A stretch of DNA of 63,997 bases, the filler included, from Saprolegnia diclina VS20 (Eukaryota): the NCBI RefSeq assembly GCF_000281045.1. It is 5 parts of 2 records of this genome, joined end to end, with 100 filler letters (N's around TTAATTAATTAA, not from the genome) between each part and the next. Parts side by side here need not be neighbours in the genome. Positions count along the whole stretch, not along the records: positions 6,968 to 19,887 come from NW_008246127.1; positions 19,988 to 42,637 come from NW_008246127.1; 3 more parts are not named here. One strand, written 5' to 3'. Below, in pieces: positions 10,128-21,415 of the stretch. How positions within the stretch are numbered: the stretch's first letter is position 1; each line of letters opens with the position of its first letter. Below the pieces are notes generated by a model. That model searched no databases and was not told the origin of the DNA. It saw nothing but the letters and a program-made list of their open reading frames with translations. Both the position numbers and the translations under genes were made by a program.

Positions 10128-11846
10128 CTACGACTCGTCGATCGGCGACGGCAAGAGCTCTTCGTACAGCCGGGCTGCAATCAAGCTTTCTTTGGCCGAC
10201 GGCGCCGAGAAGTGGGCGAGTTGCGTCTTGAGCTCCAGTAGCACGCGCGCGTCCACCAAGTTGACGTAGCCGTCGAGCTTGACGAGGCACGAGATCCACG
10301 GGAAGATCACGTCGGCCTTCTCGGGCGTCGCCAAAAAGTCGACAAACGACGTGCAGAGTGCGTCGAGCGTCGTCTTGCGCAGAAGCGCCACGGACGGCTG
10401 TGCGAACGCAAGCACCTTCCAGAGCAAACTCTGGTCTTCCGAGAGAAGCGCAATGCGCAGCGCGAGCTCCATGTCGCCCTCTTCCATCGCCAGCCGGGCG
10501 TTGTCGGCAAACTCTTGGCTTGTCTGGTTGTCGTCCCGGGCGACGACGGGGCGCGGCGCTACGCTGCTGGGCGAAAACGGCGCGGTGGTGCTCAGAGACT
10601 TTTGAAATGACATCGATGGTTTGGACGGACTCGAGGACACCCAGCGCGTCGGGCTCGGCGGACTCGGGCTCGACGGTCGCACCGGGTGCAGTGCAGCGTA
10701 CGCAGCGTCCGTGCAGCCGTGACCTGGTTGACTCGATCGAAGGAGCGGTCCGAGGTGCGTCAACAACGCCGATGCGCTTTCCCGCACAGGTGACGCCTAC
10801 GACAATGGCTGAGCTACGAGAAGACCAACGCTGGCAGCACATACATAATCGGACCGACCCCGCTCGGCCAGCGTCATAACCTTTGCCTATGCGCCATAGT
10901 GAGCGAAGAGTACTTGCTTCTTCGGATATGAACCTGGAGGCCGACGAGGGTGCTGTGGCTTTGAAAGCAAGCGACGAGTGCGCCAAGAAGGTCCAAGCCG
11001 CGCTTGCGATTGAGCCAGTCGTCCCGCTGGCCCAGGTGTAGGACGTCGTCGACAGCGGCGACGAGGCTTGGGATGGCGTCGGCCATGGCTGTTGCGAGCT
11101 CGACGCGCGCCGGCACATCTTGGATCAAGACGGTGATGCGCAGGAGAATGTGAAAGATCGGCGAGTACGTGGCGTAAATCTTGCCGTGAAACTTGGCCAT
11201 CAGCTGTGGCAAAAAGGAGATTAAATAGCCCGCCGCCCGTTCTGCATGGGCTGCAAGCAGCGCAGCGTTGTCGCTGGAGGGATGGAAGATGGCGCCGAGG
11301 CAGCGCGCCGCACCGTCGTTCATGATGTGCACTTCGGTCCAGAAGGGCTGGACGATCGTCTCGAGCTCGGACGGCGGCAAGAATGGTAGCGCGTGCAGCG
11401 CGAGCGCGCCGGCCGCGCCAACGCACGCGTCTGTCACCTTGCTTCGCTTGTCGCGCAGGCGCCGGTTCAAGTAGGCGGTTATTCTGTTGCGGAGCTTGGC
11501 GCACGCATGCGCCTGCGTCGTGCACATGAGCTCGATCAAAAGCACGACGTTTTCACGCGTCGACATCAAGATTGGATCCTGCGCCGTTCATGAGCTCGTC
11601 ATAGCATGCGATGCAATATGGTCGTACCGGGTGCTTGCGCTCGAGGTCGAGTAGGACCTTGGGTACCGAGTTGGCAGCGAGATGCGGAATCGCGCTTCTA
11701 CAGAGGGCGTCAGCCGCAATCGTAGCCGCAAAAACGACGTACGCGAGCGCGACGAAGGCCTGCTTCTCCGTGTCCCGCGCCTGAAGCTTGTCGATCCACT
11801 CGGCGATCGCCTTGCGCTGCTGCTTGTCGCTCGTGCCACTCATCAT
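10128..11846 (-). CDS. TORTIFOLIA1/SPIRAL2-like HEAT(TOG)-repeat microtubule-associated protein; multi-exon
   Basis: N-terminal KLQARDTEKQA, RENVVLLIELMC, YLNRRLRDKRSKVTDACVGAAGALA, DDWLNRKRGLDLLGALV and PVRESA. A Ser/Pro-rich linker follows, then C-terminal ARLAMEEGDMELALRIALLSEDQSLLWKVL. All are in the order of recalled TOR1/SPR2 motifs. Confidence 0.7.
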
Positions 11847-11914
11847 CGTCGTCGTGGGTGCTGCTGCCCTTGCCAAGGAAATCCAAATCGATAGCAAACC
11901 CTTCCGTAGCTGCA

Positions 11915-11931
11915 GTATCCGGACCGGATAC
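11915..11931. promoter_or_regulatory. Palindrome GTATCCGG-A-CCGGATAC
   Basis: 8-bp perfect arms with a 1-nt spacer, ~70 bp upstream of ATG 11846. Same core as 6379 and 12542. Confidence 0.4.
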
Positions 11932-12594
11932 GGTCCGCTCGTAACGCCCGCCAGCTCGACAGCGCTGCGGCGATTATATTACCAACTTGCTGCGTGGTAA
12001 GCGCCGGCGATGGATGCGTATTACATGGGTCATCCGTCTTCGCACTGCACGTCTAAACCTCCCCGCTTCATCTGACCGTGACGCGCCTATCAACAACGGG
12101 GCTGGGCAGATATGCATTATTACAGGTTTTCAACTCAGGGGTCAGACAATATCGTATATGACAGGTCCTTTCAGAAAGTATATCTATGGACCGGTGCATT
12201 CAATTACAGAGGTGCACACGATTTTTTAAAGCTTTTTAAAGCTTGAACCAGCATCGGGTCGGGTACACTGTAATGGTGTGCAACTGTCGAGGTATATAGT
12301 GTGAGTATGTAGCATTCAGGCACCACCTGCGTGTCGGACACGACACGGAGCGGTCCGAACGCCGTGACATGTAGCTATATAATGGCAGCCGCTCTCGTCC
12401 CGTGCGTAGCGCGCGTATTGATGCCATCGCGGCCAGTGTCGTATGACATAACAGTATTTCAGTGTATCTCGCTTCCACAAATTCATTTCGAAAAAGACGG
12501 TGAATTTCGAATTTTAAACCGCACAATTTGATCGTTTCTTCGTATCCGGCGCCGGCCAATCAAACGCGAGGGCTAAAAATAGCTTGCTGCTCTG

Positions 12595-14363
12595 ATGGGC
12601 TTGCGTTCGCCAGTTTGGGATTCCTCGCCCTCGGTCCATGCAGCGTCTTCTTGGCCTCTCCATCAACATGCTCCGGTACGTGCAGGTAGACGGAAACTAG
12701 GTCCATGCTCATGGGCTGGCCAGGGGCGATGCGACTCCGGCGGCCGCGCCGGTCCCGAACCAGGTCGAGGCCGGCGCCAGCAGCATCGACGTCGCGCCGA
12801 CGACCGAGCGACGACCGTCCATGCGCCCGACGGCGCTGCCCCCGCCCCTTGAGAAGGCCGAGGTACGATGCGCCATGAAGCATACATGGTAGCGATCGTC
12901 CATGGTCACAGAACCCGCAAGCGAACCTCAAGGCCAAGATCCTCGAGATACAGACCAACAAGTCGCTGACGCCCAAGGAAAAGGCCGATGGGATGCAGAA
13001 GCTCATGATGCAGCAGTGGAACGAAGCCCAGGAGCGCTTGACGCCCAAAGCCATCGAGAAGCCCGAGACGCCGATCACGGACGCCGACCGCACCGTCGTC
13101 ACGTACCATGTACGCTTCACGTGCCCATCCCGCTCCGAAAGCTCACTTTACTGGCCACAGGATGCAGACAAGACCATCATGGGATGCCAGCATTACCAGT
13201 ACGTCGACAACGACATGTAAACGACAGGGTGGCACTAACGTGGGTGCGTAGGCGCAAGTGCAAGCTCTATGCCAAGTGCTGCAACAAGTTCTACTCGTGC
13301 CGCTTCTGCCATGGTACCCGACCTCTACGCTCCAAGATCATGGCACTGACCATGAGCGACATGACAGACGAAGTCGAGAAGCACACGTTCGATCGGTACG
13401 CGACCGAGAAGATCTCGTGCATGCAGTGCCATACCGTCCAGGTATACGACTCTAGTCACAACATCACTCTCACGCCTTTCTCTCTTAGCCGGTCGGTAAG
13501 ACGTGCACGAACACGGCTTGTGGCATTGAGTTTGCCCGTTACTACTGCGACGTGTGCAAGTTCTACGACGACGACCCGACCAAAGACATTTACCACTGCG
13601 AAAAGTGCCGGATCTGCCGCATCGGCAAGGTACTATCGACTACGCAACCGTGCCTCATCGCATGATCATCGTCGTAGGGTCTGGGCATCGACTACTTCCA
13701 CTGCGACAAGTGCAACGCGTGCATGAGCATCACGCTCAAGAAGCACAAGTGTGTCGAGCGGTCGCTCGAGTCGGACTGCCCGATCTGCCACGTGTACATG
13801 TTTACGTCGACGACGCCCGTCATGTTCCTGCCGTGCGGGCACTGCATGCACGTTGCTTGCTACGAAGACTACACTCTTGTACGAGCACTCGAGCGAACCC
13901 ACGAGGTCTCATACTCCTTTGTAGACCAACTACATTTGCCCCTTGTGCTCCAAGTCGCTCGGCGACATGCGCACGTACTTTGCGCGCATCGACGACCTCC
14001 TCGCACAGGAGCAAATGCCCCCCGAGTACGCCAACTACCGATCGCAGATCTACTGCAGCGACTGCGAGCGCAAGTCGGAGACCAAGTTTCACTTTGTCTA
14101 CCACAAGGTACAACCTCGATCCTTGCAACACGAATTCACGCGTTGCACAGTGCCAATACGACGAATGCAAGTCGTATAACACCAAATTGCTCAAGAACAT
14201 CCAGCTGCCGCCGGACGCAGCGCCGCCCGCCGCGCCGACACCGCTCGTGCGGGCATCAGGCGGCACGCCAACGGTTCGCCGGCCGTCGACAACAGCAACG
14301 ACGTCAAGCAACATCACCGCGTCCGTGCGTCGGAATTCGACGCCGGGGCCCACGCGCAACTAG
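12595..14363 (+). CDS. RCHY1: RING finger and CHY zinc-finger E3 ubiquitin ligase (Pirh2-like); multi-exon, start uncertain
   Basis: GCQHYQ/RKCKLYAKCCNKFYSCRFCH (CHY), YYCDVCKFYDD...YHCEKCRICRIG (CTCHY), CPICHVYMFTS...LPCGHCMHVACY...CPLC (RING-H2), IYCSDCERKS...HFVYHKC (zinc ribbon). Start 12595 needs a 25-nt intron; the alternative in-frame ATG is 12821. Confidence 0.9.
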
Positions 14364-14567
14364 GCCACTTTTGTACGCGAGCCAATAGGATAGGAAATAA
14401 GCAGGCGCCAAGCGCTTAATGTCAAGCCAATTCTGCATTGCAATATAAGTGTCGAAGTGGCCGACGTGTCACCGGACGAGATGTCTCGTGTTGCCACGTC
14501 ATAAGCAGGGGTACGTTGACCACACGACTCGTCCACAGCGAGTTGCCCCTGGCCACTCGATCTCAAA

Positions 14568-14976
14568 ATGGCAATGATGACTCCTATGGTCTCCCGTCTT
14601 CTGCTATCGACGCAGGTGGGTGCTGGTCAACGTGTTCTCTGTTCACAATGGTCAAGTGCCATCACGCCAAACGAGATGACGTGGCAGCAGCTATGGTCCT
14701 CTTCAAAGTGGCTTCCACCATTTACTTGTACTTTGAATACCTACATTGTCATCTCCATGCTTGACGCAATGTAGCATCGCCATCAACGACGTGTTAGGAA
14801 GAGACATGTCGTCCATATGGAGTGTGTTCTTTGCCGCGTCGCTCCTCCGAGCTCTGATTGCATACAAATTCGTAGATGAATTATTTGAAACCACCCCTTT
14901 GGACGCAAAACACCCAACTCGCGTGCGAACATTAGAGCGTTATCACCATTTTATTCGGGAGCGAGCGCAAGCATGA
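14568..14976 (+). CDS. Possible small spliced hypothetical hydrophobic protein (~107 aa)
   Basis: Exons 14568-14615, 14657-14727 and 14775-14976 join in frame through 41- and 47-nt GT-AG introns. Weak codon bias and no recognisable motif. Confidence 0.25.
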
Positions 14977-16525
14977 TGATCCCGCTGCGCGAGTTCTACA
15001 GCCTCCTCCTCCGGGGCTGGCACAGCGTCGCCTCGTACCTCACGTCGCACTTTTACGCGCTCAAGATGCGGCCGGTCTCGGGCTTTGACCCGTCCGGCTT
15101 TATGTTTATGCTCGCCTTTCTCTGCTTGACGATCGGGCTCTTGCTCGCGGCGCTCGACCAGACGCAGAAGCGCCGCCTCTCGTCGTACCTCCAAGAGCAC
15201 CCGCTCAACCCCGACTTTAACCGCCTCGAGCGCCGCCTCAGCAACGTCTCCAAGTACGTGACCGACAAGGCCATTGACCATTCGGCGCGCGGCGGCTTTG
15301 TCGTCGAGATGCTCAGCTTCAACTACCTCTCCCGCCTCGGCTTTACGGTCGCTATCTTTGGCCTGACGTCGTACTTTAACGCGCTGGCGGCCGTCGTCGC
15401 GGGGTAGGCAGCGCCATGGCGGGACTGGAAGGCCCGATATGCTCAATTTGTGTGTAGGTGGCGCACGCCGCACGTGGTCATTTTGACGCTGGACCGGAGC
15501 GACAGTGGCGAGAAGACGCTGCCGGACCTCGGCCATGACCTCTTCAAGTTTGTCATGAGCAAGTTTTACGGCCAAACGACGTACATTGACTGGTTTGACC
15601 TGCCGGACGAATTCATCGCGTTCGTCGGCACGATCATTGCCGTGCTCTTCGTCGTACATCCTCGCGTACCTGCATGCTCTCTACCTCCATGGTGCCATGC
15701 GGCCATCTACGTAGCGTCTCCTCATCATCCGCCGCTTCACTGCGATTTACGCCTGGATCAACCTCCTCCGCGGCTTTTGCGTCGCCGTCACGTCGCTCCC
15801 GGATGCGAGCCCGCAGTGCATTTCGCAGTTTGAGACGGCCAAAGGCGCATACAAGTCGCAGCCGATTTTTCCCAAGTACGGCGTTGTCCTTGTCCTTGCA
15901 GCGATTTTGATCTGCTTACATTGCTCTTAGGGCCGTCTACCGCGCACTCAAGGTGCTGCTTCGGCCCTCGCACCACATTACATGCGGCGACATGGTGTTT
16001 AGCGGGCACACGGTACGAAGGAATCTGCAATGGACGCGGAAAGGACGCGTTGACGTAGGTATTTTTGATTCTGTGCGCCATGATCGTGACGACGGTAGGA
16101 TGCTGCTCGATCTCACGGCCGTGGGCTTTATGTGGGAGTAGTACTGCAACACGGACGAGCTCAACACGCCCTTCACGCGCAAGCACTGGTGGACGTTGCC
16201 GCTCGTCAAGTACTCGGTCTGGGCCGGCTCGTTCCTTGGCGTCTTTGCCATCGTGGGCACACGGCTGCACTACACGCTCGACGTGCTCATTGCGATCTAC
16301 GTGACAATCCAGACGTGGTACACGTACCATTGGCTGGCGGCCGACAACCGCTACAACTTTCGGCTCATCTCGTGGCTCGAGCACGACCACGAAGTGCATT
16401 CGATCGACCACCACGCGTACCGCATGGCGCGCCGCACGGGCAGCCTCTCGGACTTTGACATCAAGAACTTCTCGCCGCTCTCGCCGTCGCCGCCGAGTTC
16501 GCCAACATCTAAGAAAGACAAATAG
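14973..16525 (+). CDS. Sphingomyelin-synthase family (PAP2_C) ceramide phosphotransferase (SMS/CPE/IPC synthase-like); multi-exon
   Basis: TLPDLGHD (D1), TCGDMVFSGHT (D3) and RLHYTLDVLIA (D4) give the His/His/Asp catalytic triad. Multiple TM helices. Confidence 0.9.
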
Positions 16526-16564
16526 ACGCGATTTGCATGAATTTGTTAGTTGCAAAGTGTGGCT

Positions 16565-17507
16565 CTACTGGGTCTTTTTGGCCGCGGCCTTGGCGCGCAG
16601 CGACGACTCGATCTTGCCTTCGAGCATCTCCTTGATGCCCGGCCACTCGCCGTTGAGCGCCGCAAGCACGGCCGTGTCACGGTTGGCGCCCTTCACGATC
16701 ATGTGCTTGCGCAAAACACCTTCAAAGGTAAAGCCGAGTGAGTGGGCTGCCTTGCGCGAGCGCACATTGAAGCCATCACAACGCCACTCGACACGGCGGT
16801 ACCCCAAATCAAAGAGCGCGCGAAGCAGGAGGTAGACAGACTCACGGTTGGCGCCCGACCCTTGGGCTGCGGGGCAGTACCAGGTCGCACCGATCTCGAC
16901 TCGGAGGTCCTTGGCCGAGTGGTTGATCAGACACACCATACCGACGGGCTTGTCAGTCGACGCATCAAGCTACATGGCGCAGTATGAGATGGATTTTTGA
17001 TTGCCTTGATAAAGGACGTACGACGACAAAGTGGCGCTGGTTAGGCAGCTCCACGGCGCGGTCCTTCTCAAATGCCTCGAAGCTCGGGAACGGCCCCGTT
17101 GTCATATAGCGCCAAATGAGCGCGTCAGCGTCATAGTCTTTGGTGCCGTAGAACCCGCCAAGGGCTTTCCCAGACGAGATGTCGTACAGGCGGCGCACCA
17201 TGGCCTTGACGTCCTTGGCGGACCCGCTGTGCAGCGGACGAAGCTTGACGATGTAGCCGTCGAGCTCAAACGACGGCGGCTTCTCGGGAAACGTCGCCGC
17301 CTTCTCGAGGAGCTCGTCGTAGAGCAGTGGCTTTTCTTGGTCCATCGACTCTGGCATGCCCACGGCTTCGTGCTGCATGCGGTGGAAGGAGCCGCCGTAG
17401 TAGAGCAGCGCAAATACGACAATGAGCGTCGAGCAGAAGACGAGGAAGCCCACAAAGATGCCAAGGTAGGCGTACCCGTACACAGGGTCGTCGGCCGGCG
17501 CTTGCAT
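16565..17507 (-). CDS. GNAT acetyltransferase, RimJ/RimL (Acetyltransf_3) family, with N-terminal TM helix; 2 exons
   Basis: VEIGATWYCPAAQGSGANRE, LGYRRVEWRCDGFNVRSRKAAHSLGFTFEGVLRKHMIVKGANRDT; N-terminal YLGIFVGFLVFCSTLIVVFALLYY. Confidence 0.88.
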
Positions 17508-18413
17508 GGTTTCGAATTCTCTTGCGCGAAGTATTCCAATACTTTGACCGAGATTGCACTTTCTACAAGTGCGAACTTCGAGGCCCATGTGTGGCCCACA
17601 AGAGTGTTGGTGGGGGCCGCCGAGGAAGCAGGGCGAAGCGCATCGGAACAGCATGCAAGCGCAACCGCGGCATCTGTGGGATGTAAATGCTTGGGACATA
17701 GCTGAACGAGCGTCTCTGATATCGCGGTACATGTATTGCGCGTTGAAGACGGCTCGCATCATCATTCACCTATTCACCTGCTCGTGACGTACTTGTAGTT
17801 TGGGCCGCTGTTGATAGTGCTGAAAGCTACTCCAAAGAGCACTTCAAGGCTAGCGGTGCGACGTAGTGGCTGACGCAATCGACCAATGCACTCGGAAATA
17901 TTGCTCTTGGGTCCTTCCTTTCAAACGGTTCGATCGACCCTGGTTTATTGATGCAAGTCATGGATGCAAGTACGGGCGTGTAGAGCATGCCAAGTACGGT
18001 GTTGCAAGCACAAACACGCCTCGCACGAACGCGTATCAACCACAGGGAGCAGAGCTCGTTTATTGGCGCCACTCGGATCTTTCGAAGTTCGAAGCCGGCA
18101 TGCCAGCACTCACCTGGTGGGCCGGCGGCCCATGGCCTGTGTCGCATCAAGGGTGTCGAGAGCTCGTCTCACGAAATGCCTTCTTTGAAAAAGACCTTGG
18201 ACCGAATGAGCCCCAACACCTCAACGAGCTACGGCTGCGAGATGGGTGAGCTAATTCAGACAACCGTATGACCGACAGTTCATGCATGAGCTTCGATTTC
18301 CATGAATTATTGTGGTCTTTGCGTGGAGAATGTCAAGCAGTTGCAACGCAATGACGGAATCTAGTAGAGCTTCTAGCAAAGTCTTCACAACTCACTACCA
18401 TGTTGACTATCTA

Positions 18414-19217
18414 CTACATCAATTTGGCATTGGCCTTGGTGGCCAGCGAAGACTTGATCTTGCCTTCGAGCATTTCCTTGATGCCGGGCCACTCGCTGTC
18501 GAGCGCAGCGAACACAACGGTGTCGTAGTTGAGACCTTTGACAATTCTGTGCTTCCGCAAAACGCCTTCAAAGGTAAAGCCAAGCGAATGGGCCGCCTTG
18601 CGCGACCGCACGTTGAAGCTGTCGCAACGCCACTCAACCCGGCGGTACCCCATGTCAAAGAGCGCCCGAAGCAGGAGGTAGACGGACTCACGGTTGGCGC
18701 CCGACCCTTGAACTGCGGGGCAGTACCAGGTCGCGCCAATCTCGACTCGGAGATCCTTGGCCAAGTGCTCAATCAAGCACACCATACCAATCGGTTCGTC
18801 CGTCGACGCATGGAGCTATGAGACATGAGAAAGGACCCATGATGGGAAATAATGACGTACAACGACAAAGTGGCGCTGGTTGGGCAGTTCAACAATGCGG
18901 CCTTCGTGAAAAGCTTCGTATGTCGGAAACGGGCCGTTCACCATGTAGCGCCAAATGAGCGCATCGACATCGTAGTCCTCCGTGCCGTAGAAGCCACCGA
19001 GCGCCTTACCGCACGAGATGTCGTACAGGCGAAGCGCCATGACCTTGACGTCTTCGGTCGACCCACCGTGCAGCGGTCGGAGTTTGACGAGAGAGCCGTC
19101 AAGCTCGAACGACGGCGGCTTCTCCGGACACATTGCCGCCTCCTCGAGGAGCTCAGCTTGAAGCTGCAATTGCTCCTCGTACATCGACTGTGGCAAGTTT
19201 ACGTCTTCAAACTTCAT
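18414..19217 (-). CDS. GNAT acetyltransferase, RimJ/RimL family; tandem paralog lacking the TM helix; 2 exons
   Basis: Highly similar to 16565-17507 with the intron at the same position (after HFVV). Starts MKFEDVNLPQSM without a hydrophobic segment. Confidence 0.85.
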
Positions 19218-20338
19218 GGCGAGCGTCTGTTGGAGAGCAGGTGAATTTGATTATGAGTGCTAAAAAGCTGACAAATGTAGCCCAAATACGTACGCTCTCA
19301 TAGTACGATGGCGAGTTTTGTTCTTGTAAGAGGTTGCACTTTGCTCGTGTACGAACTTCGTGGCCCACGTGTGGCCCATCAAGAGTGCTTGTCAGGAGTG
19401 CTCGACCGTGAAAACGCACTTTGCCCGCGGTCGTCATGGGAGCGTACACTGCCCATCTATACTACTGTACAATAGAACGATCAATGCCATTACTGAGGCC
19501 TCGGGATTGCTACCCACGCCATCACCCTACGTGACGCGACGCAAGGGCCAGGTAAGTATCTATCTATCTACCTGCGTTTCTTTTAAGGTTGTGCCAAGGT
19601 GGCACAGCGTTGGCACTTGCTGCGACCCGCCAACACGAACAATGCCGTACAAATAGTATTAGCAAAGTGGATACATCAACCGACAGGCAGCTCGACGACC
19701 ACAAGCACTTACAGTGCATGACGAAACGAGCCGATAAGCTGTATTAGTACTAATAGAATATAATTGCAACGACGCACAGTGTCAGCCGGTTTGTCAACAT
19801 CGCGGAACTGTAAACCTCAACTGCGATCTTTCGAAGTTTGATTGCCATTCGACCAGCACTCTTCGCACAGCTGGTGGGCCGGCCCTCNNNNNNNNNNNNN
19901 NNNNNNNNNNNNNNNNNNNNNNNNNNNNNNNTTAATTAATTAANNNNNNNNNNNNNNNNNNNNNNNNNNNNNNNNNNNNNNNNNNNNTCGAGTCTTGGCC
20001 TGAGACCGAGTGTTCCCTAACGATCAACCCCGCGGTCGTGGGCGGTGTCTCTATGGCCGACGTGGCGGACCAGCGGATGCGCGAGATTGAAAACGTCCAA
20101 GTCTACCGCGCGTCCGGGGTGATTCTCTCCATGCCCCTTGACGGTCTCGTCGCGCTCGTTATTGCGTAAACCGCAATGCTTGTCTTCTTGTCTAGCACCG
20201 AAGTATGTATCTTTTTTCTAATTTCGATCAAGAAAATATCTAAAAATCGCCAAAACAGCTGCCCTCTGTCTTTCGATGGTTTGCATATCGTCGACGCTTT
20301 GACGCTCGACGCCCGCCGGCACTTCGACAGTACATCCC

Positions 20339-21010
20339 ATGACAGCAATCGCTGTCTTGACGGCGCCCGAGCTGATTTCGAGTATCGTATCGTACCAAGC
20401 CGGCATCTGCGCCAGTCTGCACGACTACGTCGCGACCTTCCACGCCACCACCTACAAAACGTTGCCGCCGATCGTCTATGACGTGGCGCGCTCGGAGCGC
20501 CGCTGCCTCCTGCACCACGCGGTTGCGACTGCAAAAGCAACGACTCTTGTGCGCGCCATCGTCGACTGGCAACCTTATTGGCTCTCGGGGCTTGTCATCG
20601 ACACAGCAGCGGCCTCTGGTCAGCTCGAACTGCTTCGGTTCTTTCACATTGAGCACCCGACGCTCACAGGCTCGTACCGAGCGCTTGACCGAGCAGCTGG
20701 TCACGGCCACGGGAGCGTGGTCCGGTTCTTGCATCAGTTTCGCTCCGAAGGCGCTTCGGTCGCCGCGATGGACGACGCCGCCGCCAACGGCCACGTGAAC
20801 ATCGTACAATTTCTCCATGCGCATCGTGGCGAGGGTTGCACGACGGCCGCCATTGACCGCGCCGCCTCGGCGGGGCATTTGCAGGTCGTTCAGTTTCTTC
20901 TGCGGCACCGGAGTGAAGGGTTCACGGCCTCGGCGGTCGCGAGCGCGCAATGCCATGCTGGCATCAAGCGTCTCTTGGTTCAGTATCAGGAGAGCCATTA
21001 CCGGCACTAA
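20339..21010 (+). CDS. Ankyrin-repeat protein (223 aa, intronless)
   Basis: Four short ankyrin-like repeats: IDTAAASGQLELLRFF, LDRAAGHGHGSVVRFL, MDDAAANGHVNIVQFL, IDRAASAGHLQVVQFL. N-terminal AVLTAPELISSIVSYQAG motif. Confidence 0.85.
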   Translation: MTAIAVLTAPELISSIVSYQAGICASLHDYVATFHATTYKTLPPIVYDVARSERRCLLHHAVATAKATTLVRAIVDWQPYWLSGLVIDTAAASGQLELLRFFHIEHPTLTGSYRALDRAAGHGHGSVVRFLHQFRSEGASVAAMDDAAANGHVNIVQFLHAHRGEGCTTAAIDRAASAGHLQVVQFLLRHRSEGFTASAVASAQCHAGIKRLLVQYQESHYRH

Positions 21011-21415
21011 GTTTTATCTAAAGTATTCCTACTAGTAAACTATTCGTGCGCACCTTTGTTGGCGGTGCTGATGCATATAGTAAGGCACTTGGCGTCTTAC
21101 CCGAGGATCGCACTATGACAAAAGTGTTCACAGGAACGTTTTTGCGCGCCATTGGTCAAAGATCCGGCCAATCCGACGCGCACAACAATTCAAATCGACC
21201 AATCCTCGTCGCCTGCTGCACCATCGATTCCAGCGGAGCTGCGTGAACGTCAACGATGATGGCATCAAGAACGAGAGACACATATTGTCCTTTTGTACAT
21301 ATGTGGGCTCTTGTGACGCTGCATCGTCGTTGGTGCCGCCAATGCCCAGCCCACTAACCTTCGACAAATGAGCGCACGCCGTTTCAGTCGCCTTTTTCAC
21401 CGGATGCGAGATTCG

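Noticed and set aside
12222..12244. TTTTTAAAGC tandem duplication / hairpin
   Set aside because: Short low-complexity AT-rich sequence, expected by chance.
17905..17945. GGTTCGA T-loop-like motif
   Set aside because: No cloverleaf stems or A-box around it; not a tRNA.
17866..18249. 127-aa ORF between the GNAT paralogs
   Set aside because: No ATG start, weak codon bias and no recognisable motif.
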